A stretch of 49,222 nt of DNA. Source: Escherichia coli. GTDB lineage: Bacteria > Pseudomonadota > Gammaproteobacteria > Enterobacterales > Enterobacteriaceae. Below are positions 20,279 through 31,009 of the stretch, one piece after another. The translations under genes were made by a program, and so were the position numbers. Numbering within the stretch: position 1 is the stretch's first letter; each line of letters starts with the position of its first letter. Under the pieces are notes generated by a model. It searched no databases, was not told the origin of the DNA, and saw only the letters and a program-made list of their open reading frames with translations. The stretch lies in assembly GCF_003334255.1 (NCBI RefSeq), contig NZ_QOWU01000039.1. One strand, written 5' to 3'.

Positions 20279-21469
20279 TCACCGTTTTTTCGGCCGACTG
20301 GCGTACAGACAGAAGAGAATGGAGCTGGTTGCGCAGAATGCAATTGACCAAATCATCGGCCATGCAGAGTTAAAGGTCGCAAGAGAAAGCAATGCGCCAA
20401 CAATTGCCCCTATGCCAAAACGGAAGGTTCCTGCCAGCGAAGATGCCGTTCCCGCCATATGGGGAAACTCATCAAGAATGACCGCCATCGCATTGGATGA
20501 CACCATCGACACGCAGCCCACAAACGCCGCAACGCCAACCACCAGCGACCAAAATCCCAGCCCCAGCAGCGCACTGATGACCATCCACGCTGCCATAATA
20601 AATTGTATCCACAACCCCGAGCGGAACATATTTAACGCGCCAATGCGGCGGACGAAGCGGCTGTTAAAGATGGTCATCACGAACAGAAAAACAATGTTTA
20701 GCGCAAAGTAATAACCAAAGTTTTCCGGCGCGACGTGGTTAATTTCAATATAAACAAACGGTCCGGCGCTTAAGAATGAGAACATCCCGGCAAAGCTGAA
20801 ACCACTGGCAAGCATGTAGCTCAGGACACGTTTATGGCGGAACAGCGCCGCAAAGTTACCAATAGTGGTACGAATGTGAAATGGCTGACGACGCTCCGGT
20901 GGTAAGGTTTCTTTAATCAGGAAGAAAATCATTGCCGAAGCCAGAATCGCCGCTAATGCCAGGATCCAGAAGATGTAATGCCAGCTCAGCCACACCAGCA
21001 CCCAGCCGCCAACTATCGGTGCCATCAGCGGTGCAATGGTTGTCACCAGCATGACAAACGACATCATCCGCGAGAACTCTTCTTTCGGGTAAATATCGCG
21101 CATCAGGGCGTTAATGACCACGCTGGCCGCAGCCGCAGCCAGCCCGTGGAAGAAACGCATCACAATCAGCTGATCGATGGTGTTTGCCAACGCACACGCC
21201 ACCGCGGCGGCGGCAAACACCAGCGTACCGCCGAGCACCACCGGCTTACGCCCGAAGCTGTCTGCCATCGGCCCGTAGATTAACTGCCCCAACGCAAAGC
21301 CCAGAATATAAGTACTGAGGGTCATCTGCGTACTGCCCGCCGGTACGCCAAACTGCGCTGAAATTACCGGTAGCGCGGGCAGATACATATCAATCGACAG
21401 CGGCATCAACATGGCCAGCAGGCCAAGGATAAAAACAATAGCAAACGACGAATGCTGTCGGGTGGTCAC
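20279..21469 (-). CDS. bcr: MFS multidrug (bicyclomycin) efflux pump Bcr
   Basis: The 396-aa ORF is a 12-TM-type MFS protein, [21 protein letters not shown]... Confidence 0.94.
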
Positions 21470-21496
21470 AACGGGCTCCTGAAAGTCATTGAAAAG

Positions 21497-22192
21497 TTAG
21501 ACGACGCTGGCAATTTCTTCTTCAGTTAACGGACGATATTCACCGGGGGCTAAATCAGCATCCAGCGTAATACCGCCAATACGTTCACGATGCAGCTCAA
21601 CCACGTGGTTACCCACGGCGGCGAACATGCGTTTCACCTGATGATAACGCCCTTCGCTGATGGTCAGACGAACCTGCGTTGGGGTAATCACTTCCAGCAC
21701 CGCAGGCTTAGTGAGATCTTTTTCGTTATGCAGCTGCACGCCTTTAGCAAATTGCTCTGCCGTATCGTCAGCTACAGGTGATTCCAGTGTCACCAGATAG
21801 GTCTTCTCGCAATGATGGCGCGGAGAAGTAATGCGGTGCGACCACTGACCATCATCAGTCATCAGCACCAGACCGGTGGTATCAATATCCAACCGCCCCG
21901 CCGCATGCAGTTTCCACGCTACCGGTTCATCAAGAAAATAGAGCACCGTTGGGTGATCAGGGTCGTCCGTGGAGCAAACATAGCCCTGAGGCTTATTGAG
22001 CATGAAGTAACGTGGACCGTGTTGCTGCGCCAGCGGGTTGCCATCGTAAGCGACATCATGTTCAGGAAGCAGTTTGAACGCTGCATTACGGACGATTTCG
22101 CCATCGACGGTGACACGATTGCCGCGGATTTCACGCCCGGCAATAGCACGGCTAACGCCGAGTTGCTGTGCGATAAATTTATCAAGTCGCAT
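21497..22192 (-). CDS. rsuA: 16S rRNA pseudouridine-516 synthase RsuA
   Basis: The 231-aa ORF has an N-terminal S4 domain and the catalytic motif GRLDIDTTG. Confidence 0.95.
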
Positions 22193-22340
22193 GTGTGTGA
22201 TTTTGCCTGTAAAAACGGAGGTCGGGCATTGACCCGAAAATCTGAACTGTTGTCTGCCCAGTATAGCGGTCTAATAACATCCCTCAAGGGAAAAAGATCC
22301 ATGGCATACTATTAGCAGAATAATCTACCTACGCGAGACC

Positions 22341-24101
22341 ATGATTTTTACACTTCGCCCATATCAGCAAGAAGCCGTGGATGCCACGCTCAACCATTTT
22401 CGTCGTCATAAAACCCCTGCCGTTATCGTGCTGCCCACCGGCGCAGGTAAAAGCCTGGTGATAGCGGAACTGGCACGGCTGGCTCGTGGTCGCGTGCTGG
22501 TGCTGGCACACGTTAAAGAACTGGTGGCGCAAAACCATGCAAAGTATCAGGCGCTGGGGCTGGAAGCCGATATTTTTGCCGCCGGGCTAAAGCGCAAAGA
22601 GAGCCACGGTAAAGTGGTATTTGGCAGCGTGCAGTCTGTCGCCCGTAATCTTGATGCCTTTCAGGGTGAATTTTCGCTGTTGATTGTCGATGAATGTCAC
22701 CGTATTGGTGACGATGAAGAGAGCCAGTATCAGCAAATCCTCACTCACCTGACAAAAGTGAATCCCCACTTACGCCTGCTGGGGCTGACTGCCACGCCTT
22801 TTCGATTGGGCAAAGGCTGGATCTACCAGTTTCATTATCACGGCATGGTACGCGGCGATGAGAAAGCCCTTTTCCGTGACTGCATTTATGAGCTGCCGCT
22901 GCGTTATATGATTAAACACGGCTATCTGACGCCGCCAGAACGACTGGATATGCCAGTAGTGCAATACGATTTCAGCCGCTTGCAGGCACAGAGTAACGGG
23001 CTGTTCAGCGAAGCCGATCTCAACCGTGAGCTGAAAAAACAACAACGTATTACCCCGCACATCATCAGCCAGATTATGGAGTTTGCTGCAACGCGCAAAG
23101 GGGTGATGATTTTTGCCGCGACGGTTGAACACGCAAAAGAGATTGTGGGATTACTGCCTGCCGAAGATTCAGCACTGATTACTGGCGACACCCCCGGCGC
23201 TGAGCGCGATGTGTTAATTGAAAATTTTAAAGCCCAGCGTTTTCGCTATCTGGTCAACGTCGCGGTACTGACCACCGGATTTGACGCCCCGCACGTCGAT
23301 CTTATCGCCATTCTGCGCCCTACCGAATCAGTGAGTCTTTACCAACAAATTGTCGGGCGCGGTCTGCGTCTCGCTCCGGGCAAGACTGATTGCTTAATTC
23401 TTGATTATGCGGGTAATCCTCACGATCTCTACGCGCCGGAAGTTGGTACACCAAAAGGCAAAAGTGACAACGTTCCGGTACAGGTTTTCTGCCCTGCCTG
23501 CGGTTTTGCCAACACCTTTTGGGGGAAAACGACCGCCGACGGGACATTGATTGAACACTTTGGTCGTCGCTGTCAGGGATGGTTTGAAGATGACGACGGT
23601 CATCGCGAACAATGTGACTTCCGTTTCCGTTTTAAAAATTGCCCGCAATGTAACGCGGAAAACGATATTGCCGCCCGCCGCTGCCGCGAATGTGACACCG
23701 TACTGGTTGATCCGGACGATATGTTAAAAGCGGCGCTACGACTGAAAGACGCGCTGGTATTACGCTGTAGCGGCATGTCTTTGCAACATGGGCACGACGA
23801 GAAAGGCGAATGGTTGAAAATCACCTATTACGATGAAGACGGCGCGGATGTGAGTGAGCGTTTCCGTCTGCAAACACCTGCCCAGCGTACCGCCTTCGAG
23901 CAGCTTTTTATCCGCCCGCATACGCGCACACCGGGCATCCCGCTGCGCTGGATCACCGCCGCCGATATCCTCGCCCAGCAAGCCTTATTGCGACACCCGG
24001 ATTTTGTCGTCGCCCGCATGAAAGGCCAGTACTGGCAGGTGCGTGAAAAAGTGTTCGATTACGAAGGTCGTTTTCGTCTGGCGCACGAATTACGCGGTTA
24101 A
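22341..24101 (+). CDS. radD: SF2 helicase-like DNA repair protein RadD (YejH)
   Basis: The 586-aa ORF has Walker A LPTGAGKS, the DECH box, and C-terminal Cys4 zinc-finger motifs (CPACG...C, CPQCN...CRECD). Confidence 0.93.
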   Translation: MIFTLRPYQQEAVDATLNHFRRHKTPAVIVLPTGAGKSLVIAELARLARGRVLVLAHVKELVAQNHAKYQALGLEADIFAAGLKRKESHGKVVFGSVQSVARNLDAFQGEFSLLIVDECHRIGDDEESQYQQILTHLTKVNPHLRLLGLTATPFRLGKGWIYQFHYHGMVRGDEKALFRDCIYELPLRYMIKHGYLTPPERLDMPVVQYDFSRLQAQSNGLFSEADLNRELKKQQRITPHIISQIMEFAATRKGVMIFAATVEHAKEIVGLLPAEDSALITGDTPGAERDVLIENFKAQRFRYLVNVAVLTTGFDAPHVDLIAILRPTESVSLYQQIVGRGLRLAPGKTDCLILDYAGNPHDLYAPEVGTPKGKSDNVPVQVFCPACGFANTFWGKTTADGTLIEHFGRRCQGWFEDDDGHREQCDFRFRFKNCPQCNAENDIAARRCRECDTVLVDPDDMLKAALRLKDALVLRCSGMSLQHGHDEKGEWLKITYYDEDGADVSERFRLQTPAQRTAFEQLFIRPHTRTPGIPLRWITAADILAQQALLRHPDFVVARMKGQYWQVREKVFDYEGRFRLAHELRG

Positions 24102-24113
24102 TGGTAGTTTTGA

Positions 24114-24510
<397 letters not shown>

Positions 24511-24525
24511 TTGCTGAATAAGTTG

Positions 24526-24555
24526 TAAAAAACCCCGCTCCGGCGGGGTTTTTTG
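24526..24555 (+). terminator. rho-independent terminator after rplY; the A-tract/T-tract symmetry suggests it is bidirectional with yejK
   Basis: AAAAACCCCGC-tccg-GCGGGGTTTTTT. Confidence 0.85.
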
Positions 24556-24595
24556 TATCTGCAGATTATGCCTGATTACGGTATTGCTATTTTTT

Positions 24596-24631
24596 GCAGG
24601 CCAGATAAGGCGTTCACGCCGCATCTGGCAT
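24596..24631. repeat. single REP (repetitive extragenic palindrome) element
   Basis: GCAGGCCAGATAAGGCGTTCACGCCGCATCTGGCA is a canonical REP palindrome between the convergent genes rplY and yejK. Confidence 0.85.
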
Positions 24632-24648
24632 TCAGAACACAAAACCGA

Positions 24649-25656
24649 TTAATTGCCGCCAGACGTCCGGCGCTGCAATTGGTCGCGCAAATTCGGCGGC
24701 GTGCCTTTAATGGTCAAGGTATCGGTTGCTGGATCCCAGAAGATGCGTTCACCTAACAGCATCGCATCAAAGTTAATAGTCAAGCCACCGCCGCTACCGG
24801 CAAACTTCGTCAACTGACGCAGTGTGCTACGGTCTGCCGGGAAGCTCTCTTCCAGTTCGTAGCCTTTTTCAGCCGCAAACTCCGTGAAGCTCACTTCGCT
24901 TACGCCTGCCAGCTCTTTCGACAGCGATTTCAGTTCGATCTCTTCGCCTGCCTGCAGCTGCTCATTACAGTAGCTATAAACCTGCTGGCGCACGTTCTGT
25001 CGCTCTGCTTTATCCAGTTGTGCTTCGGCAGTGAAATCATCAACCGCTTGCAACAGCCCACGGTTTTGCGCTTTCGCGTTTAACCCTTCGCTGGCCCCGA
25101 GGAAATCCATAAAGAAATCCGCCACTTTGCGCCCTACTCGCCCTTTCAGGAAAGTGAGATAGCGGGTGGACTCTGGATTGGTTTCCCATTCGGTTAAATC
25201 GATACGCGCAACAATATCCGCATGATTGATATCAAGATAATGGGTTGGGTTGATGTCGAGATTTTCGTTAACGCGCATACTGCTCAGGTTGCTCAGAACT
25301 GCCACCAGCAAATACTCCACCGCCAGATAGCGATAGTGGCAAAACAGCACGAATCCACCGTCAGCAAAAGGATATTTCGCTAATTCGTCACGCAGGCGGC
25401 CGGTTGCCGCGCGGCTAAATGCCAGGAAGTCCTCTTCGCCCTGACGCTGTAAGCGCAGCGTCTGCGCCAGTTCACTCTCTTCGCTAAACAAGCCGTAAGC
25501 TTTATTTTTGGCGCTATAGACCCGATGCAGTTCTGCCACCATCTCAACGACGGTTTCTGTCGGTTCCAGCAATGAATCGCGCAACACCAGCTCAAGGTTC
25601 TGCTCATCACGCTTGATAAGCTGGTGCAGAGCAATCTGGTTGATATCCAGACTCAT
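24649..25656 (-). CDS. yejK: nucleoid-associated protein YejK (NdpA)
   Basis: 335-aa [33 protein letters not shown]... Confidence 0.94.
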   Translation of the reverse strand: MSLDINQIALHQLIKRDEQNLELVLRDSLLEPTETVVEMVAELHRVYSAKNKAYGLFSEESELAQTLRLQRQGEEDFLAFSRAATGRLRDELAKYPFADGGFVLFCHYRYLAVEYLLVAVLSNLSSMRVNENLDINPTHYLDINHADIVARIDLTEWETNPESTRYLTFLKGRVGRKVADFFMDFLGASEGLNAKAQNRGLLQAVDDFTAEAQLDKAERQNVRQQVYSYCNEQLQAGEEIELKSLSKELAGVSEVSFTEFAAEKGYELEESFPADRSTLRQLTKFAGSGGGLTINFDAMLLGERIFWDPATDTLTIKGTPPNLRDQLQRRTSGGN

Positions 25657-25837
25657 GATAAACTCTCCTTTAAGACCGGGCGGTATTCAACCACCGCCGG
25701 TTAAGCGACGCAATAAAAGATGGCGGTCATTTTACAGAAGGCAGCGTAACGAGAATGATTTAACGCATAAAAAAGCAGAAAAAAAACCGTTGCTACGGTA
25801 ATATGTTGCCCTTTCATCAACTAACTGATTTCGATTT

Positions 25838-26065
25838 ATGCCACAAATTTCCCGCTACAGTGATGAACAGGTTGAACAATTGCTCGCAGAGCTGCTCAAC
25901 GTACTGGAAAAACATAAGGCTCCGACCGACCTTTCCCTGATGGTGTTAGGCAACATGGTCACTAACCTTATCAACACCAGCATTGCCCCGGCCCAACGCC
26001 AGGCAATTGCCAACTCTTTTGCCCGCGCCTTACAGTCCTCTATCAACGAAGACAAAGCGCACTAA
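25838..26065 (+). CDS. yejL: UPF0352 family small protein YejL
   Basis: The 75-aa [32 protein letters not shown]... lies 19 nt upstream of yejM. Confidence 0.88.
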
Positions 26066-26084
26066 GGGAAACAGATAACAGGTT

Positions 26085-27845
26085 ATGGTAACTCATCGTC
26101 AGCGCTACCGTGAAAAAGTCTCCCAGATGGTCAGTTGGGGGCACTGGTTTGCACTGTTCAATATTCTGCTTTCGCTCGTCATTGGCAGCCGTTACCTGTT
26201 TATCGCCGACTGGCCGACAACGCTTGCTGGTCGCATTTATTCCTACGTAAGCATTATCGGCCATTTCAGCTTCCTGGTGTTCGCCACCTACTTGCTGATC
26301 CTCTTCCCGCTGACCTTTATCGTCGGCTCCCAGAGGCTGATGAGGTTTTTGTCCGTCATTCTGGCAACGGCGGGAATGACGCTATTACTGATCGATAGCG
26401 AAGTCTTTACTCGTTTCCATCTCCATCTTAATCCCATCGTCTGGCAACTGGTTATCAACCCAGACGAAAATGAGATGGCGCGCGACTGGCAGCTGATGTT
26501 CATCAGCGTGCCGGTTATTTTATTGCTTGAACTGGTGTTTGCGACGTGGAGCTGGCAAAAGCTGCGCAGCCTGACGCGTCGTCGACGCTTCGCGCGCCCG
26601 CTGGCCGCATTCTTATTTATCGCCTTTATCGCCTCGCATGTGGTGTATATCTGGGCCGATGCCAACTTCTATCGCCCGATCACCATGCAGCGCGCTAACC
26701 TGCCGCTTTCGTACCCGATGACGGCGCGACGTTTTCTTGAGAAGCATGGTCTGCTTGATGCGCAGGAGTATCAACGCCGTCTTATTGAGCAAGGTAATCC
26801 AGACGCCGTTTCCGTTCAGTATCCGTTAAGCGAACTGCGCTATCGCGATATGGGCACCGGGCAGAATGTGCTGTTGATTACTGTCGATGGCCTGAACTAC
26901 TCACGCTTCGAGAAGCAGATGCCTGCGCTGGCAGGTTTTGCTGAGCAAAATATTTCGTTCACGCGCCATATGAGCTCCGGCAACACTACAGACAACGGCA
27001 TCTTTGGCCTGTTCTATGGCATCTCGCCGAGCTATATGGACGGCATTCTGTCGACCCGTACGCCTGCGGCATTAATTACTGCGCTTAATCAGCAAGGCTA
27101 TCAGCTGGGGTTATTCTCATCAGATGGCTTTACCAGCCCGCTGTATCGCCAGGCATTGTTGTCAGATTTCTCGATGCCGAGCGTACGCACCCAATCCGAC
27201 GAGCAGACCGCCACGCAGTGGATCAACTGGCTGGGACGCTACGCACAAGAAGATAACCGCTGGTTCTCGTGGGTTTCTTTCAATGGTACTAACATTGACG
27301 ACAGCAATCAGCAGGCATTTGCACGGAAATATAGCCGGGCGGCAGGCAATGTCGATGACCAGATCAACCGCGTGCTCAATGCACTGCGTGATTCTGGCAA
27401 ACTGGACAATACGGTGGTGATTATCACTGCCGGTCGGGGTATTCCACTGAGCGAAGAGGAAGAAACCTTTGACTGGTCCCACGGTCATCTGCAGGTGCCA
27501 TTAGTGATTCACTGGCCAGGCACGCCGGCGCAGCGTATTAATGCTCTGACTGATCATACCGATCTGATGACGACGCTGATGCAACGCCTGCTACATGTCA
27601 GCATACCTGCCAGCGAATATTCGCAAGGTCAGGATTTGTTCAACCCTCAACGCCGTCATTACTGGGTTACCGCAGCGGATAACGATACGCTGGCAATTAC
27701 CACCCCGAAAAAGACGCTGGTACTGAACAATAACGGTAAATACCGCACTTACAACTTACGTGGTGAAAGAGTGAAAGATGAAAAACCACAGTTAAGTTTG
27801 TTATTGCAAGTGCTGACAGACGAGAAGCGTTTTATCGCTAACTGA
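26085..27845 (+). CDS. yejM: inner-membrane LPS-homeostasis protein YejM (PbgA/LapC); 5 TM segments plus a sulfatase-like periplasmic domain
   Basis: 586-aa ORF with an N-terminal polytopic region and a C-terminal alkaline-phosphatase-superfamily domain. Confidence 0.94.
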   Translation: MVTHRQRYREKVSQMVSWGHWFALFNILLSLVIGSRYLFIADWPTTLAGRIYSYVSIIGHFSFLVFATYLLILFPLTFIVGSQRLMRFLSVILATAGMTLLLIDSEVFTRFHLHLNPIVWQLVINPDENEMARDWQLMFISVPVILLLELVFATWSWQKLRSLTRRRRFARPLAAFLFIAFIASHVVYIWADANFYRPITMQRANLPLSYPMTARRFLEKHGLLDAQEYQRRLIEQGNPDAVSVQYPLSELRYRDMGTGQNVLLITVDGLNYSRFEKQMPALAGFAEQNISFTRHMSSGNTTDNGIFGLFYGISPSYMDGILSTRTPAALITALNQQGYQLGLFSSDGFTSPLYRQALLSDFSMPSVRTQSDEQTATQWINWLGRYAQEDNRWFSWVSFNGTNIDDSNQQAFARKYSRAAGNVDDQINRVLNALRDSGKLDNTVVIITAGRGIPLSEEEETFDWSHGHLQVPLVIHWPGTPAQRINALTDHTDLMTTLMQRLLHVSIPASEYSQGQDLFNPQRRHYWVTAADNDTLAITTPKKTLVLNNNGKYRTYNLRGERVKDEKPQLSLLLQVLTDEKRFIAN

Positions 27846-27877
27846 TTAATTATAAATCAGTTAGCGAAATATCTTAC

Positions 27878-27905
27878 TTGCAATCGGTGTGGAAAACGGT
27901 AGTAT
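27878..27905 (+). promoter_or_regulatory. candidate proL promoter (-35 TTGCAA, 16-nt spacer, -10 TAGTAT, GC-rich discriminator)
   Basis: The hexamers lie at 27878-27883 and 27900-27905, which would give a 7-8-nt leader before the mature tRNA 5' end. Confidence 0.45.
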
Positions 27906-27919
27906 TAGCAGCCACGAGT

Positions 27920-27996
27920 CGGCACGTAGCGCAGCCTGGTAGCGCACCGTCATGGGGTGTCGGGGGTCGGAGGTTCAAATCCTCTCGTGCCGACCA
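27920..27996 (+). tRNA. proL: tRNA-Pro (anticodon GGG)
   Basis: The 77-nt sequence CGGCACGTAGCGCAGCCTGGTAGCGCACCGTCATGGGGTGTCGGGGGTCGGAGGTTCAAATCCTCTCGTGCCGACCA folds as a cloverleaf. It has a 7-bp acceptor stem CGGCACG/CGTGCCG, a T-arm GGAGG-TTCAAAT-CCTCT, an anticodon loop AUGGGGU and an encoded CCA. Confidence 0.95.
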
Positions 27997-28007
27997 AAAA
28001 TCCCAAG

Positions 28008-28037
28008 AAAAAACCAACCCTTACGGTTGGTTTTTTT
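28008..28037. terminator. bidirectional rho-independent terminator between proL (+) and yejO (-)
   Basis: AAAAAACCAACC-cttac-GGTTGGTTTTTTT has an A-tract and a T-tract flanking the stem. A second hairpin (28058-28087, AAACAG...CTGTTT) lies next to the yejO stop. Confidence 0.8.
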
Positions 28038-28098
28038 ATATCTGCAATTAATTCGATAAACAGACCGTGACACATCACAGCCTGTTTATTTTCTGTTA

Positions 28099-30690
28099 TC
28101 AGAACGTCCAGACCACACCCGCCTGAGTATTCCACGGCGATTCTACCCCTGCGCCATTGCCATAGCTGACTGACAAATGACCGCTTAACGTCGGGGTAAA
28201 CGATGACCTTATACCAGCCTGATAAACGCCACTGGTTCCAGCCACATCATTATTAAATTTGCCATCGTCATTAACTTTCACCTGGTTAGAATCGGCGTAT
28301 TCCTGACGCACGGCCGCTTTCAGCCAGGGTTCCAGCGTCGTACCGTTTTGCAGGTCCATGTGATAGCTTACCGCCGTTCCCGCTTCAGCGCGTAATATCC
28401 GGGTATTTCCCACATCCGCGCGCATGCCGTTTGATAACGTGTAGTCCTGACCATCTGTGGTAAAGCCGGTAAAGGCCAGATAGGGTCTAACACTCCACAA
28501 TCCGTCAACCCAACGGAACCCGCTCTCAACATGAGCACCCGCGCCGTTACTATTGTAATCGCCAAACGCTGTTGCCCCATTACTCATCTTGCCATGGATG
28601 GTGTTGGCAAAACGGTCAACTTTCACCACCCCATCAACATAGGCACCGTTCTGATGCTCCCAACCGGCATAAGCCCCCAGGGTATAGCTATCGATATTAC
28701 CTTTGCCGCCGCGATCAAAACCAATATCAGAATGAGAGTAACCAAAGATCAAGCCGCAAATTGTACTGCTTTCTTCACGGGAGAAACGGCTATCGATACC
28801 GAGCGTCAGGCCCGTCAATGTTTGCTCAAAACCAGCTCCCGCATCAGTGGTCACGTTGTTGCGGGTGTTAATTGCCGAACTCCACATCGCCGTATCGTAA
28901 CTAACGCCTTTTACGCTACCAAGACGCTCACGCACGGTGTCCAGTTCTGCATCAAATACCAGCGGTTGTGCGGCCGCCATATTCAGCACATCAGTGGTTG
29001 AAGGGGTAATTTGCGCGCGATTCTCTGCCAGACTCCAGCTATGGTTGCCATTATCCAGCAAGGTATATTCATACGTACCGATATCAACAACGCCTCCGGC
29101 ATTGCCCAACGTAAATGCAGCATCACCGCCGCCCGTTGTTACCAGTGTAAGGCTATCTCCTGCTGCCGGGCTGGCACCGGTGTCCGTCACGAATATTTTG
29201 AAATCACCTGTTGCCTGACCGGTGACGTTGAGCTGATCGCTCTGATGATTAGCCATATCGGTACGCATATAAAAATTGCCGTTTCCCGACAGGGTATTGG
29301 TGGTCAACGTAATGAAATTTTCCGCACTTGCCGTCACTGATGAACGAGTCACTGGCTCATCCATCATAATCACATTTGCGTCAGACATCGCAAGGTTGGC
29401 TAAGTTGAGGAGGGTGTTTTGGTTCGTCGTAGTGATATCGGCAATGATGGTCCATACGCTATTTTCGAGCGAAACGTCCGCTTTGCTGGTATCCACGGCA
29501 CCATGCGTTCTAAAAGAAGCGCCCTCAGAAACCACTACCTTACCCACCAACATTGCGGGTGCATAATTTATTTGCGGCTTCATGACCTCAAGAATGCCAT
29601 CATTCCCTCTGACTGAAACGTTAACCATTGTGCCAGCCCAGACGTTAGCGCGGCCATTGTTGATAACCATATTTTCAGAGATGGCTTTTGAGGAATACGT
29701 GATACTTCCATTCTGATATGATCGACCGAGATCATATACCGCATTTGCCTGCACTTTCGTACCAGTATCCTTTCCCAGCGATTGCATAGTGGCATGCTTA
29801 TCAAGGATAGTATCAATGGCCTGCGTGTCCTCCATAACAATGAGCCCGGAACCATCATCCAGTTCATAATTTTTTGACACACCATCTTTTATACTAAATT
29901 GGCCTTTACTGTTTGGACCACTCACTTCCAGCGCATTCGTTGAGACAATTAATTTTCCGCCTGCTTTTTTATCAACGCCAGTTACAGTCCCGCCATCCAT
30001 AACCTCCAGTAAGCCGCCACTATCTACAGTGGTATTATAAGCGAAGTCATTTTCTTCAACTCGCAAACTTCCGCCGTTTTCCAACAACATATTATTAGCA
30101 ATACCATTCTTGATATCGAACTGACCGAGACGGTTTGTTCCGAATACCTCCATGGCCCGCGTGGTTGTTTTAATAGCACCGCCTGCTTTCTGATCTACCG
30201 CAAATGCAAATCCCCCCTCTTTAACCTCCAGTAGTCCTCCCTTTTCGATAGCGACAAAGACGGCCCCCCCATCTTTTTCAACGATTAAGCGCCCGCCTTT
30301 AATCGTGGTATCATTCGCTGCGCCATAAACCTGTAGCACACCATTATTGAGCGTAGTCTGGTTTGCCGCGCCACCCATTTGAACAATTTGATAACCGTCA
30401 TTTAATACTGAGTATTCTGCGGCGCCATTCATTTCAATGTACTGATACCCTCCGTTAATTTCAGTATTATTACTTACACCAAATTCTTTTATATGCTGTT
30501 CTCCGCCAGGATTGATTTTCGTATTATTGGCGGTCCCATAAACCAGCTGGATATCTTTTTCCAGGACAACACCATCAACTGTCTCACCATACTCAACAGT
30601 TGATGCCAATGCTATGGGTGAATATAACGCTGTAGCCACCAGAACAGATATTGCGGAACGACAAAGAGAAACAGAACCAGATTGATGCAT
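28099..30690 (-). CDS. yejO: AIDA-I-type autotransporter adhesin YejO, intact ORF
   Basis: The 863-aa ORF has a signal peptide (MHQSGSVSLCRSAISVLVATALYSPIALA) and a Gly/Asn-rich beta-helix passenger with repeated GG...V...GG units. Its C-terminal roughly 290 aa form the translocator barrel, ending in the OMP signature ...GVVWTF. Confidence 0.9.
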   Translation of the reverse strand: MHQSGSVSLCRSAISVLVATALYSPIALASTVEYGETVDGVVLEKDIQLVYGTANNTKINPGGEQHIKEFGVSNNTEINGGYQYIEMNGAAEYSVLNDGYQIVQMGGAANQTTLNNGVLQVYGAANDTTIKGGRLIVEKDGGAVFVAIEKGGLLEVKEGGFAFAVDQKAGGAIKTTTRAMEVFGTNRLGQFDIKNGIANNMLLENGGSLRVEENDFAYNTTVDSGGLLEVMDGGTVTGVDKKAGGKLIVSTNALEVSGPNSKGQFSIKDGVSKNYELDDGSGLIVMEDTQAIDTILDKHATMQSLGKDTGTKVQANAVYDLGRSYQNGSITYSSKAISENMVINNGRANVWAGTMVNVSVRGNDGILEVMKPQINYAPAMLVGKVVVSEGASFRTHGAVDTSKADVSLENSVWTIIADITTTNQNTLLNLANLAMSDANVIMMDEPVTRSSVTASAENFITLTTNTLSGNGNFYMRTDMANHQSDQLNVTGQATGDFKIFVTDTGASPAAGDSLTLVTTGGGDAAFTLGNAGGVVDIGTYEYTLLDNGNHSWSLAENRAQITPSTTDVLNMAAAQPLVFDAELDTVRERLGSVKGVSYDTAMWSSAINTRNNVTTDAGAGFEQTLTGLTLGIDSRFSREESSTICGLIFGYSHSDIGFDRGGKGNIDSYTLGAYAGWEHQNGAYVDGVVKVDRFANTIHGKMSNGATAFGDYNSNGAGAHVESGFRWVDGLWSVRPYLAFTGFTTDGQDYTLSNGMRADVGNTRILRAEAGTAVSYHMDLQNGTTLEPWLKAAVRQEYADSNQVKVNDDGKFNNDVAGTSGVYQAGIRSSFTPTLSGHLSVSYGNGAGVESPWNTQAGVVWTF

Positions 30691-31009
30691 TGAGCTTTCA
30701 TCCTATGAAATTAATTGCTGTTAAAAGCATTGGGTACAGAAAATACCCATAGCTCCATACCCGGAGTCAGTTTTTAAAAACTGTTTAAAGAAATGCACAA
30801 GTATTGTGATTGATTTTTTAGTTGTTTTTCTTGATGAGAAGCTGATGCAAAATTCCGTCTTTATAATGAAAATGATGCCAAAGCGAACGACAAGGTTGTA
30901 GTTTTCACTACATGTCCATACATAAAATGGGGTAACATTCACGCGCCTGGTAGCGTTACCAACGCTACGCTCAAACATAATGATTCTAATAAAACCTCAG
31001 GAGACTACT

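Noticed and set aside
25675-25701. Hairpin ACCGGGCGGT-attcaacc-ACCGCCGGT just upstream of the yejK Shine-Dalgarno sequence, a possible riboregulator
   Set aside because: It is a single modest stem with a bulge in a divergent promoter region. I recognise no conserved riboswitch or leader class, and one sequence is not enough evidence.
30212-30270. C7 (30264-30270) and C6 (30212-30217) homopolymer tracts inside yejO as possible slipped-strand phase-variation switches
   Set aside because: The tracts are short and simply encode the Gly-Gly (GGG GGx) motifs of the beta-helix repeats. I know of no evidence for length polymorphism here. It would be worth checking only if population data show frameshifts.
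30941-30968. GCGCCTGGTAGCG resembles the proL D-arm, and a perfect hairpin GTAGCGTT-ACC-AACGCTAC lies upstream of narP; a possible tRNA-derived att scar marking an islet boundary
   Set aside because: The match to the tRNA is to its 5' part rather than the 3' end that integrases duplicate. It is only about 13 nt long with a gap. The hairpin is more simply part of the narP leader or promoter.
30721-30978. 85-aa ORF directly upstream of yejO on the same strand, a possible leader peptide or regulator
   Set aside because: It lies in very AT-rich promoter-like DNA, and its product is Phe/Ile/Lys-rich with no motif and no SD. It is probably a chance ORF in AT-rich sequence. Only expression data could revive it.
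27997-31009. Genomic island, prophage or defence system integrated at tRNA-Pro proL
   Set aside because: Only one gene, yejO, lies between proL and core narP. There is no integrase, no direct repeat of the tRNA 3' end and no additional cargo.
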